Source: Chamaesiphon sp. (GTDB lineage Bacteria; Cyanobacteriota; Cyanobacteriia; Cyanobacteriales; Chamaesiphonaceae). Taken from it: a DNA stretch of 64,000 nucleotides. The notes under the pieces were generated by a model that did not search any database, had not been told where the DNA came from, and saw only the letters and a list, made by a program, of their open reading frames with translations. Positions 29,401 to 38,865 of the stretch are shown piece by piece (the stretch's first letter is position 1; each line of letters begins with the position of its first letter). The translations under genes and the position numbers were made by a program. The stretch covers positions 73,044 through 137,043 of the forward strand of contig CBDFFH010000044.1 of the NCBI GenBank assembly GCA_965246715.1, written 5' to 3'.

Positions 29401-30380
29401 ACATTTTCTCCCTGCAAGCGGTTGAGAGTAATGTTGCCGTTACTAGCGACGAGCGTAACGTTAGTTAATTTCGCATTCTCGTTGCAGGTGATATTCCCGT
29501 TATCGACGATGATGACATAGTTACTCAGATCGATGCCAGCAGGGATATTGAAACCGCCACCTGTGACTCTCACGACCTTGGGTTGAGTTACCGTGCCAGG
29601 GGCAGGGAATTTCTGCCACTGCTTGAGGTTATTTGCTGGGTTTTGTTGAGAATTAAATGTGAAAACTGGAGTGCCCGCCGGAATGCGATCGGCTAATTGT
29701 TGCTGCTCGATCTGTGCAAAACTGGGAACGACTAACGGCGGTTGGGGGAGGACTTGGGGACGATTGAGATTGGCGTAGCGGCCGTTATCGCTGACCCGCA
29801 CCAGCGCATCTGTCGAACCGACGACAAAGGCCCGATCGATTAACACTAATTTACGTTGTCCGTCGCGGAGCGGATTGCCACTACTATCCCGCTGTACGGG
29901 GAAAATACTGCTATCTGTCAAGCTAAAACCTTTAGCGGCATACACGCGCGCATCATCGCTGAGGTCGAGCGGGTTGCCATCGAGGTCGCTTTCCTCCTTA
30001 AATCTGACAACTCCACCAGCTTGAATTGCAAAGGGTAGATTAGGTTGGCTGGGTGTTGGTACTGGAGTCGAGATCGCCAGGGATTGGCTAATTAGATTGA
30101 GGCTAGGCAACGCCGCGAGCGTTGGATTACCAAAGAGCGCATTACCGAATCCTGCAGTAGTGGGAGAATTAATCTCACCGATGGCAAGCTGGATCGGAGT
30201 ACCGATCGATCGCAGGACTGATGGTACGAAATTATTGAGGAGATCGATTTCGTTGGTAGGTAAAAAAGCGCCATTAGCAACGCTAGAGAAAATATCTGAC
30301 GATCCTAACAATGGCCGAGGTACGAATGAGTCGATTCCTGTGACAAAAAGCGAATTGTTGGTAATATTTTGGCTATCCAT
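26421..30380 (-). CDS. Large Ig-like-repeat protein with C-terminal vanadium haloperoxidase/PAP2-type domain
   Basis: NDTG..D..T and A.D.AGN Ig-like repeats; DAKYTYNTWRP, PPFPEYVSGHS, SRIYGGIHF active-site motifs. Confidence 0.8.
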   Translation of the reverse strand: MDSQNITNNSLFVTGIDSFVPRPLLGSSDIFSSVANGAFLPTNEIDLLNNFVPSVLRSIGTPIQLAIGEINSPTTAGFGNALFGNPTLAALPSLNLISQSLAISTPVPTPSQPNLPFAIQAGGVVRFKEESDLDGNPLDLSDDARVYAAKGFSLTDSSIFPVQRDSSGNPLRDGQRKLVLIDRAFVVGSTDALVRVSDNGRYANLNRPQVLPQPPLVVPSFAQIEQQQLADRIPAGTPVFTFNSQQNPANNLKQWQKFPAPGTVTQPKVVRVTGGGFNIPAGIDLSNYVIIVDNGNITCNENAKLTNVTLVASNGNITLNRLQGENVAVLAAGKITTSDTVKLGGNSLLANGSGDITFNGRICGTNTLQNLQVISQGRITFNDVAILRGSFLSAGAFTTNDRTELAGTISSQKDIIFNDRISVTYVDLVAPVIAAGLANDTGRSSTDKLTNDATIAGKIADTSRIATFKAGFDTTPAGSWQNVTTSLQPGGIFSFSRPQLDQIAGGTLADGTHTLHLSAIDKNGNQSSFDCTFTLDTKIVIPTLQLVTASDTGTSNTDRLTKINTPTLTGTGESGATIQLRDGMQSIGQTTVGADGKWQLTASPLSDGNHHLTAIATDIAGNVSSTPTALAIAIDTVAPQIQLAQNLAGIVLNWSSHFAGQVTDSNIATLSYQFNGAAATQLTPTPTGTFVFDSLFDFTGVNDGTHDLTIVATDLAGNSVSHTYAVTVACGPLLSIALLNDTGIKNNDGITSDLNVRGRIAEKQRIARLEFALDGNSNYTDLTTVLQADGSFQLLPAQLDSLAGGKLAFGTHSLIARGVSASGVPVGATTLNFNSQAANTNRASLVLAKSSDTGVSGDLVTSANLVDLVAKTQAGLTVKLGQLTAIADATGTATFTGVALAFGANQFTVSTIDANGEIATSNTMITRTNPDDVILTWNHVALNAIATAKTPPPAAARILAMVHTAMYDAANAVEQKYAEYHFTGTPIAGADEIAAAAEAAAKILSAFYPTQQAYFDGVLASSLLNGATAAATAAGIALGDAVAASTLAWRQTDGATDPVTYTPGTNPGDWRPDLPTFATALLPQWGNVTPFGITTGSQFRPTGAPSLTSTEYTQAFNETKAYGAKNSSIRTADQTQIALFWADGGGTFTPPGHWNDIAATAASITGKSLLDNARIFAVLNIALADAGIAAWDAKYTYNTWRPITAIRQADLDGNAGTIADATWLPLIGTPPFPEYVSGHSTFSAAAATVLDRAFGSNFSFNTGSKGLPDVTRSFTGFDAAAAEAGQSRIYGGIHFQFANQDGLTLGQKIGAYVVDRFTL

Positions 30381-30767
30381 AGGCTCTAGTTTAGGCTTGT
30401 TTTTTGATAAGAATTATTTGTGAGATCGACAAAGTAGAGCTTACTCATAAACTGGGTGGCTCGATTATCGCCAGATGACGTACAAATTTCGATTTTTCAG
30501 GAAACTTCTCGGATATCTAGCCGATCTCGAATAACGGTGAGATCGTTTAAAAGCCGGATGTGCAAGAGAAAAATCTAGTTTTTTGAGATGATATGATTCA
30601 GGATATTTTGATTATTTAGATTATATCGATCGAGTTTTGACTTCAATCGTACTGTTCCAAACCAGCGATCGACCTGAGCACGATCGCTTATTTTTCTCAC
30701 TATTTAAGCGATTCAATTACGTACTAAGTCATCCTCTCGGCGATCGCCAGTCAGACAATCTTAAGTT

Positions 30768-30942
30768 AACGTCAGTTCTGATTAAGGATATTTGCTTCGT
30801 TCCAGTATCGCCCTCGATTGAAATCGGGGCTAACGTTACAAAGTCCGCCTTCGCGGACTAAATATCTTAGTCCGCGAAGGCGGACTTCGCACCATGAGCC
30901 GAGACTTCAGTCTCCAGGCTCCTCTTATCCCGAACTGACGTT
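30768..30942. mobile_element. MITE family A copy 3
   Basis: aacgtcagttctgattaagg ... cttatcccgaactgacgtt; AAGTT on both sides; internal AAGTCCGCCTTCGCGGACT hairpin. Confidence 0.85.
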
Positions 30943-30988
30943 AAGTTTTAATCTGGCTCTAAGCCGCAATTTAAGACTACGGAAGAAG

Positions 30989-31348
30989 TTATTCCGAACC
31001 TGACGGTTGAGACTTTAAATCGGCTTCAGTGCGATCGACAAGTCCATCTACTGCGTCTCCAGGCGTTTGCCCGATCGACGATCTTACAGCATCGATCGCA
31101 TTATTTAAGTCGCTAATTTTATCGTCCAAACTCCGCCGTGCGACTTCCATCCGATCCATCGATCGCATTCGGTTGGGTTTTAAAGGTCTTTTCTGCCCTC
31201 TTTCGCCAGCCAATCTGCCGCTATTAGCATCATCCTCGATCCGATTGGCTTTTTGGGTGGCGATCGTTGCACCAACCACACCGCCAATAATGCCACCAAC
31301 TAAGGTACCCAGCCAAAATCCACTACCAAATCCATCGCGGTTGCTCAT
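30989..31348 (-). CDS. Conserved cyanobacterial hypothetical protein (YtxH-like Gly-rich N-terminus)
   Basis: [41 protein letters not shown] coiled coil. Confidence 0.7.
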   Translation of the reverse strand: MSNRDGFGSGFWLGTLVGGIIGGVVGATIATQKANRIEDDANSGRLAGERGQKRPLKPNRMRSMDRMEVARRSLDDKISDLNNAIDAVRSSIGQTPGDAVDGLVDRTEADLKSQPSGSE

Positions 31349-31462
31349 AATATATCTCCTGTTAGATCGCTATCTCTAATTATCCCCCCAACCGACCTGC
31401 AACGGCAGCAGTTACGCGATCGCGATAAACTGATAACTGATAATCGATCGCAGATCTCTGAT

Positions 31463-32551
31463 ATGGGCAATACCTTTGGGCATTTATTTAGAATTACAAC
31501 CTACGGCGAATCTCATGGAGGTGGCGTAGGCGTAATTATCGATGGTTGTCCACCCCAAGTCGAAATTACCGAGGCTGAAATTCAGCTCGAACTCGATCGC
31601 CGTCGCCCTGGGCAGAGTAAGATTACCACACCGCGCAAAGAAGCCGATATCTGTGAAATTCTCTCGGGCGTATTCCAAGGTAAAACGCTCGGTACCCCAA
31701 TTAGTATTTTAGTCCGCAATAAGGACGCTCGATCGCAAGATTATGACGAAATGGTGCAAACTTATCGTCCCTCTCATGCTGATGCGACCTATGATGCTAA
31801 ATATGGGATTCGCAACTGGCAAGGTGGGGGCAGATCTTCCGCGCGCGAAACCATCGGACGCGTAGCAGCGGGCGCGATTGCCAAGAAAATCTTACAGATT
31901 GTCAATAATGTCGAAGTCATTGCTTATGTCAAACGGATTCAGGATCTCGAAGCGACAGTAGATAGCAATACCGTCACGATGGCGCAGGTAGAAAGTAATA
32001 TCGTCCGCTGTCCCGATCCTACATGTGCCGAGCAGATGATCGAGCGGATCGAAGCGATCGGCAGACAAGGAGACTCGATCGGTGGTGTGGTAGAATGCGT
32101 GGTACGGAATGTACCCAAAGGCTTAGGGATGCCAGTATTCGACAGGCTTGAAGCCGATATCGCTAAAGGAGTGATGTCTCTCCCCGCCACCAAGGGCTTT
32201 GAAATCGGTTCGGGGTTTGCCGGAACATTACTGACTGGCAGCGAGCATAATGACGAATTTTACACCGATGAGGATGGTGAAATTCGGACGCGCACCAATC
32301 GTTCTGGTGGTACCCAAGGTGGAATATCCAACGGCGAAAATATCATCATTCGCGTGGCATTCAAACCCACCGCCACGATTCGCAAAGAGCAAAATACCGT
32401 TACAGCTGAAGGCGTAGAAACCACGCTCGCCGCCAAAGGCAGGCACGATCCTTGCGTGTTACCCCGTGCGGTACCGATGGTAGAAGCAATGGTGGCGTTG
32501 GTGCTCTGCGACCACTTATTGCGGCATTACGGACAGTGTAAGGTGCTGTAG
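31463..32551 (+). CDS. aroC: Chorismate synthase
   Basis: [34 protein letters not shown]. Confidence 0.97.
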   Translation: MGNTFGHLFRITTYGESHGGGVGVIIDGCPPQVEITEAEIQLELDRRRPGQSKITTPRKEADICEILSGVFQGKTLGTPISILVRNKDARSQDYDEMVQTYRPSHADATYDAKYGIRNWQGGGRSSARETIGRVAAGAIAKKILQIVNNVEVIAYVKRIQDLEATVDSNTVTMAQVESNIVRCPDPTCAEQMIERIEAIGRQGDSIGGVVECVVRNVPKGLGMPVFDRLEADIAKGVMSLPATKGFEIGSGFAGTLLTGSEHNDEFYTDEDGEIRTRTNRSGGTQGGISNGENIIIRVAFKPTATIRKEQNTVTAEGVETTLAAKGRHDPCVLPRAVPMVEAMVALVLCDHLLRHYGQCKVL

Positions 32552-32773
32552 ATCGCTCTTTGCTGCCAAACCCTGGGTCTATTCTATTAGTAGTGTCTCC
32601 AAACTGCTGCTCGATCGATTTTTTATCCCGAGAGCCTATATTTGTCCTTAATGGCTCTCCTGGGTTTGTGGTAGAAAATGTATCTTAGGCTACGGTTTTC
32701 GGCAGCGATCGGTCTTGAAAGCGTTACAGGACTGAATACAAGTAACGCTTATCACCAAATACCCAGGAGACCC

Positions 32774-32858
32774 GATAATCCACTAGATTCAGCTAACCCA
32801 CGCCAATATCACGTAAATCTTGTTTCGCGCTCTCAGAAAAACGAATTTGAATACTCAT
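32774..32858 (-). pseudogene. ParE/RelE toxin remnant
   Basis: ATG 5 nt after the antitoxin stop: MSIQIRFSESAKQDLRDI; restoring one T gives WRGLAESSGL, then the homology ends. Confidence 0.6.
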
Positions 32859-32863
32859 GTAGC

Positions 32864-33205
32864 TTATCCAAAGTTCGCTCGACCTTGCGTTCTAATCTCA
32901 TCAAATAGCTCGTGGAGATTATCTTGAGTATATTCTGTGGATTGTCCGCGATCGAGTTGTTCGATTCCCACGTCTAGATCTTGACGCAGTTGGGCTAATT
33001 TAAAAGATTGTAGTTCGCTTTCCATCGATTTGAGGCTATCGATTAGCGACTGAAATGCACCAGCTTCTTGGACTACTACCGCAGCTTTACCGTTGACTGT
33101 CAGTACTAGTGGTAACTGAGTAGCTTGAAGTTGTCCGACGTAAGCGTTGGCATTGCGCTTGAAGTCGGTGAGCGAGTGAATATTGCGAAGATCGATCGAA
33201 GACAT
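32864..33205 (-). CDS. Phd/YefM-family antitoxin
   Basis: IHSLTDFKRNA...PLVLTVNGKAAVVVQ; ParD-like tail LRQDLDVGIEQLDRG. Confidence 0.8.
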   Translation of the reverse strand: MSSIDLRNIHSLTDFKRNANAYVGQLQATQLPLVLTVNGKAAVVVQEAGAFQSLIDSLKSMESELQSFKLAQLRQDLDVGIEQLDRGQSTEYTQDNLHELFDEIRTQGRANFG

Positions 33206-33354
33206 CAAATTAAGCTTTGAATTCAACATCTTAATCATAACCGACATGCCGCACTTCATGAAAAATCGCCTGCTCGGCAGACATCACATTCGCCACTGAC
33301 CCAGAATAGCTGGTAGCATCGATCGATATCTACTATTCTAAGGCGACTATATTT

Positions 33355-35550
33355 ATGACTACTGCTGTTCAGACTCCAGCATTTGCCGAAGGAATTCAAT
33401 ATTTTGGGGAACTGTTTCCAGGCTTCGACACCTACGGAACTACGCCAGTCATCGCCACTGGGCAAACGGGAATTACCGATCCAAGCAATCCCGCTGCTGC
33501 TTTTCAAACCTTACTTTACGCCGACGCACTGCGTTATCTCACCCTGCAAGTCTGTGCAAGTAAGGCTTCTGGACATCCAGGCGGTTTTGCCAGCCAAGCA
33601 GAAGCCTATGCTTCCCTGGTCATGCTCGGGCACAAGAATATTATTACTGAAGTCGGACACCATGCTCCAGGCTTCTATAGTGCCATGTTTCTCGATCGCT
33701 CGCTCGAAGCAATGGGCATCGATACCGTTCAACAATTACGCGACAAGTTCCGCGAAAAGCATGGGTTAATCGGACACTTATCCGGCTTTATCCCTGGTAT
33801 TCTCGCCCCTGCTGGCCCACTCGGTCAAGGTCAACATTTCGCCATGTCTGCAGCGAAGTTGCATCCTGGCAAATTATTCCCCTTCACCGTCGGCGATGGT
33901 GGGTTGGGCGAGCCGTACATTATCAGTGCGATGCAGCATTTCCATACAGCTTTCCCCACGGTGACGAATTTCTTACCTGTATTGGTGTGGAATGGTTATA
34001 GTCAGGAACACCACAGTATGGTGTCTACCAAGACTAATCAGGAGATGCTGAGTTATTGGCAGGGTAACGGGTTTGAACAAGTAATCATGGTGAATGCCAA
34101 GGACTTCGATGACAAAAACCAGACGGGTGAATATGTCGATAGTACGTTGTTCTCCCCAGAGAAACGGTTAGCCTTTACTCAAGCCGTTCTCACTGGTATC
34201 GACAAAGCCGCTAAATCCGCCCTGAGTGGAAAATTAACCGTCTTCATCATCAAGCAACTCAAAGGCGCAGGCGTTCACGCCACTGGTTCCAAATCTCATA
34301 ACCTCTACGCTCACCACACCCTCGATAATGCCGAAATTATCAGCGGATTGAAAACCCGCGCTCTCCATCCCCAAGCTTGGGAATTAGTCCGCACCAACTG
34401 CGAACGCGCTGGCGGTGGTTCTTCCTCTAAAGTCGCCGTCACCGAATCGACTTTACCAGTCGTCAATCTCGGTACCCTCCCCCTCGAAGAGTACGCCCAG
34501 GGCGAAGCCAAAGTATCCACCACTGCAATGGGGCGATTAGTCGGCTATGTCGGACAACAGGACAAAAACTTCCTCGTCACCAACGCCGATGGGAACGAAG
34601 CTTCAGGGATTGCCAATATCAACCAAGCCCTGAAAATCATCCACCCCACCACCGACGATTTATATTTCCAAGCACCTACCGGGCAAGTCTACGAACCCCT
34701 GAGCGAAGATGCTTGCGCCGGATTAGCCGCTGGACTCGCCCTAATGGGTGCTCGTACACTGTGGTGTTCCTACGAATCCTTCGCCATCAACGGTTTACCA
34801 ATTTGGCAAACCGTCACCCAAGCAATGGCAGAATTGCGCCGTAAAACACCTTCTACCATTACCCTCTACACCGCAGGCGCATTAGAACAGGGGCGTAACG
34901 GCTGGACGCACCAACGCCCTGAAATCGAAGCCTACTTTGCCTCGATGATGCGCAATGGTAACGTCTTCCCCCTCTTCCCTACGGATGCGAATAGTATTCA
35001 GGCTTGCTACGACTGGGCATTAACTACCCAGAATAAAGGTGTGGTAATTACCGCTAGTAAATCACCCCTACCCATCCGCACCACCTTCGCCCAAACTCGT
35101 CAAGGGTTGGAAGATGGCGCGGTAGTCTTGCAAGACACTCCTGGCGATAAGCAGGTGGTCTTCGCAGTCATCGGCGACATGACGCTAGTTCCCGCATTTG
35201 AAGCCGCTGCGTTTTTAACAACCGAAGGCATCGGCTCGAAAATCGTCTCGATTATCAATCCGCGTCGGTTGTACCGTCCGACTGATGTTGCCTGGGATAC
35301 CTGTAGCGAACCAGATGGTGGTTTTCTCAGCGATGCCAAGTTTAACGACATCTTCGGCGGCAATGCTTTAATCGGCGTGACAGGTGGCGCACCTGCGATG
35401 TTGGAGCCTGTGATGTTGCGATCGAATTCTCCTCGCGATACCTTCGCCTGGAAGCGTGGCGAAACCACCGCTACTGCGGGTCAATTGATGGCATTTAACG
35501 GCATTACTGCTGAGGCTTTGTGTAAGCGGGGAATTGAATTGGTGGGTTAA
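33355..35550 (+). CDS. Phosphoketolase-family TPP enzyme
   Basis: SGHPGG, GPLGQG, VGDGG TPP motif, LSEDAC, SYESF, RNGWTHQRP. Confidence 0.85.
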   Translation: MTTAVQTPAFAEGIQYFGELFPGFDTYGTTPVIATGQTGITDPSNPAAAFQTLLYADALRYLTLQVCASKASGHPGGFASQAEAYASLVMLGHKNIITEVGHHAPGFYSAMFLDRSLEAMGIDTVQQLRDKFREKHGLIGHLSGFIPGILAPAGPLGQGQHFAMSAAKLHPGKLFPFTVGDGGLGEPYIISAMQHFHTAFPTVTNFLPVLVWNGYSQEHHSMVSTKTNQEMLSYWQGNGFEQVIMVNAKDFDDKNQTGEYVDSTLFSPEKRLAFTQAVLTGIDKAAKSALSGKLTVFIIKQLKGAGVHATGSKSHNLYAHHTLDNAEIISGLKTRALHPQAWELVRTNCERAGGGSSSKVAVTESTLPVVNLGTLPLEEYAQGEAKVSTTAMGRLVGYVGQQDKNFLVTNADGNEASGIANINQALKIIHPTTDDLYFQAPTGQVYEPLSEDACAGLAAGLALMGARTLWCSYESFAINGLPIWQTVTQAMAELRRKTPSTITLYTAGALEQGRNGWTHQRPEIEAYFASMMRNGNVFPLFPTDANSIQACYDWALTTQNKGVVITASKSPLPIRTTFAQTRQGLEDGAVVLQDTPGDKQVVFAVIGDMTLVPAFEAAAFLTTEGIGSKIVSIINPRRLYRPTDVAWDTCSEPDGGFLSDAKFNDIFGGNALIGVTGGAPAMLEPVMLRSNSPRDTFAWKRGETTATAGQLMAFNGITAEALCKRGIELVG

Positions 35551-35648
35551 GATTCGAGGTAGGGGCAATTCATGAGTTACCCCTACCTCAACGATCGATC
35601 GAAACAAACGGGTGAAGAAAGATTGTAAAAAGGGGAAATTAATCTAAA

Positions 35649-36008
35649 ATGGAACAAGGCGAGGACAACCCTGAAATCCTTTTACGCCCTTTAGTCTGGA
35701 TGGGTGACTCTCTTGGCAACATTAGATCGTTTCCGCCAGAAGTCAGAACTGCGGTGGGATATTCACTGCAATTGGTGCAGGCTGGAGAAACACCACTGAA
35801 TGCCAAGCAATTGAAAGGGCTTGCTAGTGGTGTATATGAGATCGTTAAACGGTATGATACCGATACTTATCGAGCTGTTTATGCCGTCAAGATCGGAGAA
35901 AAAATCTATATCTTACACGCATTTCAAAAAAAGTCGAAGCAGGGCATCAAAACTCCACAGTCAGATGTTGACTTATATAAAGATGCCATAGAGAGGGCAC
36001 AGCAATGA
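35649..36008 (+). CDS. RelE/HigB-like (Gp49-type) toxin
   Basis: FP.EVR..VGY.L..VQAG, GVYEIV, YRAVY, ILHAFQKKS..GIKTP. Confidence 0.85.
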   Translation: MEQGEDNPEILLRPLVWMGDSLGNIRSFPPEVRTAVGYSLQLVQAGETPLNAKQLKGLASGVYEIVKRYDTDTYRAVYAVKIGEKIYILHAFQKKSKQGIKTPQSDVDLYKDAIERAQQ

Positions 36009-36295
36009 ATACAGAACCTAAATTCACCGATGGCAGTGGCAATGTATTTACCGATCTTGAATTAGATGATGCTGACGAACTATTCACTAGAGGTAAAATT
36101 TGTATCCAAGTTATCCGTCTGTTGAATAGACGTAATTTAAAACAGCGAGAAATTGGAGAACTTTTAGGCATCTCTCAGCCAGAAGTATCTCATTTAATGA
36201 ATGGTGAGTTTCAACGTTTTAGTGATGGTAAATTAATTAATTTTCTCAAAGCAGGATCGCTAATGCCCAACCTCCGGTGCCATCTGATATCATAG
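36005..36295 (+). CDS. HigA-like XRE/HTH antitoxin, C-terminus probably replaced
   Basis: ATGA overlap with the toxin; GSGNVF.DL.L.DA.EL, LKQREIGELLGISQPEVSHLMNG...FS..KL..FL then unrelated residues. Confidence 0.75.
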   Translation: MNTEPKFTDGSGNVFTDLELDDADELFTRGKICIQVIRLLNRRNLKQREIGELLGISQPEVSHLMNGEFQRFSDGKLINFLKAGSLMPNLRCHLIS

Positions 36296-36387
36296 AGCTA
36301 GGTAAATAGAACAATTGAAACTACTCAAGCCAGAATTCCAGCTCTAGAGCGCAGTATCCAAGAAATCAGACAGGAAGGAGAGCTATC

Positions 36388-36567
36388 GTGAATAATCGAA
36401 GAATCATGTCAGATCCAGAACTAGATAACCGACTAATCGGAAATTTGCGCCGCGCTCGCCTTGCTTTTGAGGAAGTAGACCTTCAGCTCGAAGAGTTAGT
36501 AGCTAAATGTGATGAACTAATTCGGCAGCAAAAATTACAACGCATTAAGCAAAAGCAAAAAAACTAG
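36388..36567 (+). CDS. 59-aa coiled-coil hypothetical protein (below ORF-track cutoff)
   Basis: GTG start after GGAG; MNNRRIMSDPELDNRLIGNLRRARLAFEEVDLQLEELVAKCDELIRQQKLQRIKQKQKN; GTGA overlap with an upstream gene remnant. Confidence 0.6.
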   Translation: MNNRRIMSDPELDNRLIGNLRRARLAFEEVDLQLEELVAKCDELIRQQKLQRIKQKQKN

Positions 36568-36709
36568 TTAATCGATCGAGTCCCAAACATCTTTGCTACA
36601 GATACTCGATCGCGGAGCATCCGCTTTGTGGAGTCATGTTTATGATGCGCTGGGGAAGATTGAATATAATTCAAGTCTAACATTTACTAAAATATTGTAA
36701 GCTCACATA

Positions 36710-37344
36710 TTATCGATTTCCAATTTGTGGCTGCGTAGGTTTAGGACTGGAAACTGCAATTAGCAGTGCCTGATAGTCTTTATATCCCAGCAGGGGAGCA
36801 AGCATCATTGCAATTACTTTTGCTCTCTCTATTTTACCGTTTTCTAGAGCCTCGGCTAATTTTTCGGATAGAGCTAGTTTGATTTCGTGTTGGGTGTGGT
36901 ACTTGTGCATTTCTGCGTTGACTCGATTTACTTCTCCCACGCCGCCATCATTGGTGCCGATGGGAATGGTAACACCTACCATTGCTTCAATATTACGGCT
37001 AGATCCGTCTGTAGTTGGAGAAACTCTAGTAACAGCGAAGACACAGCACCATTGCAACTGGGTGGACTAAGTGTAGATGAACCACTATAGTTGACTTGCA
37101 CTCCCGATCCTGATTGATTGTATTGAGCAGGAACGATGGATGTTGATGTGGTTGTGGGTGTGAGTGCAGATGGCATGGTGGGAACAGGTGTCGGGGTAGT
37201 TATGGGAGTAGTGGTATCACTGGTAGCGACTGTAGTGGAATTAGAAGGATCGCTAATGCCACCACCAGCTAGTGCTGGATGGGTCGTCACAGCTAAGAGT
37301 CCAATTATGGCTCCTATTACTGCTATTTTGTTTGATGATTGCAT
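36710..37344 (-). pseudogene. Secreted hypothetical protein split by a probable 1-nt frameshift
   Basis: ORF 36976-37344 (signal peptide, Thr/Pro linker, ...PPSCNG) and ORF 36710-37057 (CVFAVTRV...) join if one base is added near 37048 (CNGGCVF). Confidence 0.55.
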
Positions 37345-37427
37345 GATACAAAGTTTTTCACAGGTTAATACAGGTGGATAAAAGCGATCGATCTTCGGTA
37401 ATATCGATCGCTGAATTAGTCTAGTTA

Positions 37428-38627
37428 TTATCGTGAAACACTAATAAAGTAAGGATTACCATCATGTCCACCTTTGCCATAAGAAAAGAACACTGCTAAT
37501 TGATTACGATTCATCTCTACAACACCACCTCGGTACATAGGATCGCCTACCAAATAATTTCCATTGGGTGTTTTACCTAGAATAGTATTGATATGATCGG
37601 TAGAACCGTCCCCTGTTGAACTATAGCTAGGAAACTGATATCGCCAGTTAGATCCATAGTAACCCCAAGCAATTACTGCTTTCCCCGCAGCTAGATCTTG
37701 ATCTAGTTGTGACCAAGTGCCATTAGACATTCGATTGGTAGCGCGGAGTCCAGCATTTGCTAATCCAGTCATCATTTGTGTGTCTGAAGTGAATCCTGTC
37801 CAGGAAGAAGCCACGTTCATCATTTGACGAGCATAATTAATACTGCCTTGTACGGATAGATTACCGGGTTCTTTACCGAATAACTTGAACATCATTGCCA
37901 CACTGGTTGGACCACAGTTGTTACTTTTGCCTGGTCCATCAGGATTCCATTGGGCATTATAAAACTGTGTTTTAAAATATGTGTCGGCTTGAGATTTACT
38001 GGTGGGAGTTGTATATTGAGGTAGTTGGGGATTATTTTGACCTTGCTTAATTACCCGAATACGTTGATTGACATTATTACGATCGCAGTACCATACCATA
38101 GGCGTTTGGTTATTGAGTTGCTGACCCTGACCAAAGCCCCGAATATCCAGACAGAGATTGGTATCCATGTCAGTGCGCCAGTGGAAAAGATAAGTATCAC
38201 TACCTACTTTTTCGAGATTCCAATCTTGGTAGCGACCGAAACCACTTGTGTAACTGTTAATCGTATTGCCAGGAGTAACATTTGTATCTTTTACACTGAT
38301 TGAATAGTTGCTATTTACACGCTGAAGATTGATTCCGTAGCCATTTGTAAGATACTTGAAAAGGCTATCACTATCTGAGCCAATCCAAGTATTAACGAGT
38401 CCACCATTTCTAAATCCATACTGTTGCGTGATATTTAGTGTAACAGGGCTACCATTGGGCGCACTTTTCTCCATCTGGAGCCGATACACTTGATTATTAG
38501 CCAAGTCATTGGGATACAGAGGAACGGCTTCTGCCTTGTTTGCGGTAGTCAGGATCGCGCTGATGCTTGACAAGGCAACGATAGTCGCTAAAAATTTACC
38601 AAGCTTTGGTTTGCTTAAATTAGACAT
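37428..38627 (-). CDS. Secreted protein: ricin-B-like lectin region plus C39-like papain-fold peptidase
   Basis: Signal peptide ending AEA; YQDW, NLCLDI, WYCD..N.NQR; NNCGPTSVAM (Cys), DHI (His), YLVGDP (Asp). Confidence 0.7.
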   Translation of the reverse strand: MSNLSKPKLGKFLATIVALSSISAILTTANKAEAVPLYPNDLANNQVYRLQMEKSAPNGSPVTLNITQQYGFRNGGLVNTWIGSDSDSLFKYLTNGYGINLQRVNSNYSISVKDTNVTPGNTINSYTSGFGRYQDWNLEKVGSDTYLFHWRTDMDTNLCLDIRGFGQGQQLNNQTPMVWYCDRNNVNQRIRVIKQGQNNPQLPQYTTPTSKSQADTYFKTQFYNAQWNPDGPGKSNNCGPTSVAMMFKLFGKEPGNLSVQGSINYARQMMNVASSWTGFTSDTQMMTGLANAGLRATNRMSNGTWSQLDQDLAAGKAVIAWGYYGSNWRYQFPSYSSTGDGSTDHINTILGKTPNGNYLVGDPMYRGGVVEMNRNQLAVFFSYGKGGHDGNPYFISVSR

Positions 38628-38865
38628 TTTGGATGATACTCAACTCTTATTTTGGAAAACGGGGGTGGAATCGATCGATTGAATCATTTCCTGACTACAA
38701 GCATATTCAGCCAAAAGTCGATCGTCGATAGGAAAAAATAGGCAGTTATAAGCCTGTGATCTGAAAACGTGACATAAAGCATTTGGTTAGATCCGGAATA
38801 AAAGTAATGGGTTTAATTACAAAAAAGTAGGATGAAATAGGAACAATGTAGTCTACCTCCTCACT

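Noticed and set aside
36253..37260. 15-bp direct repeat aggatcgctaatgcc as att sites
   Set aside because: Both copies lie inside coding-derived sequence, a 15-mer match can arise by chance in 64 kb, and no recombinase is present.
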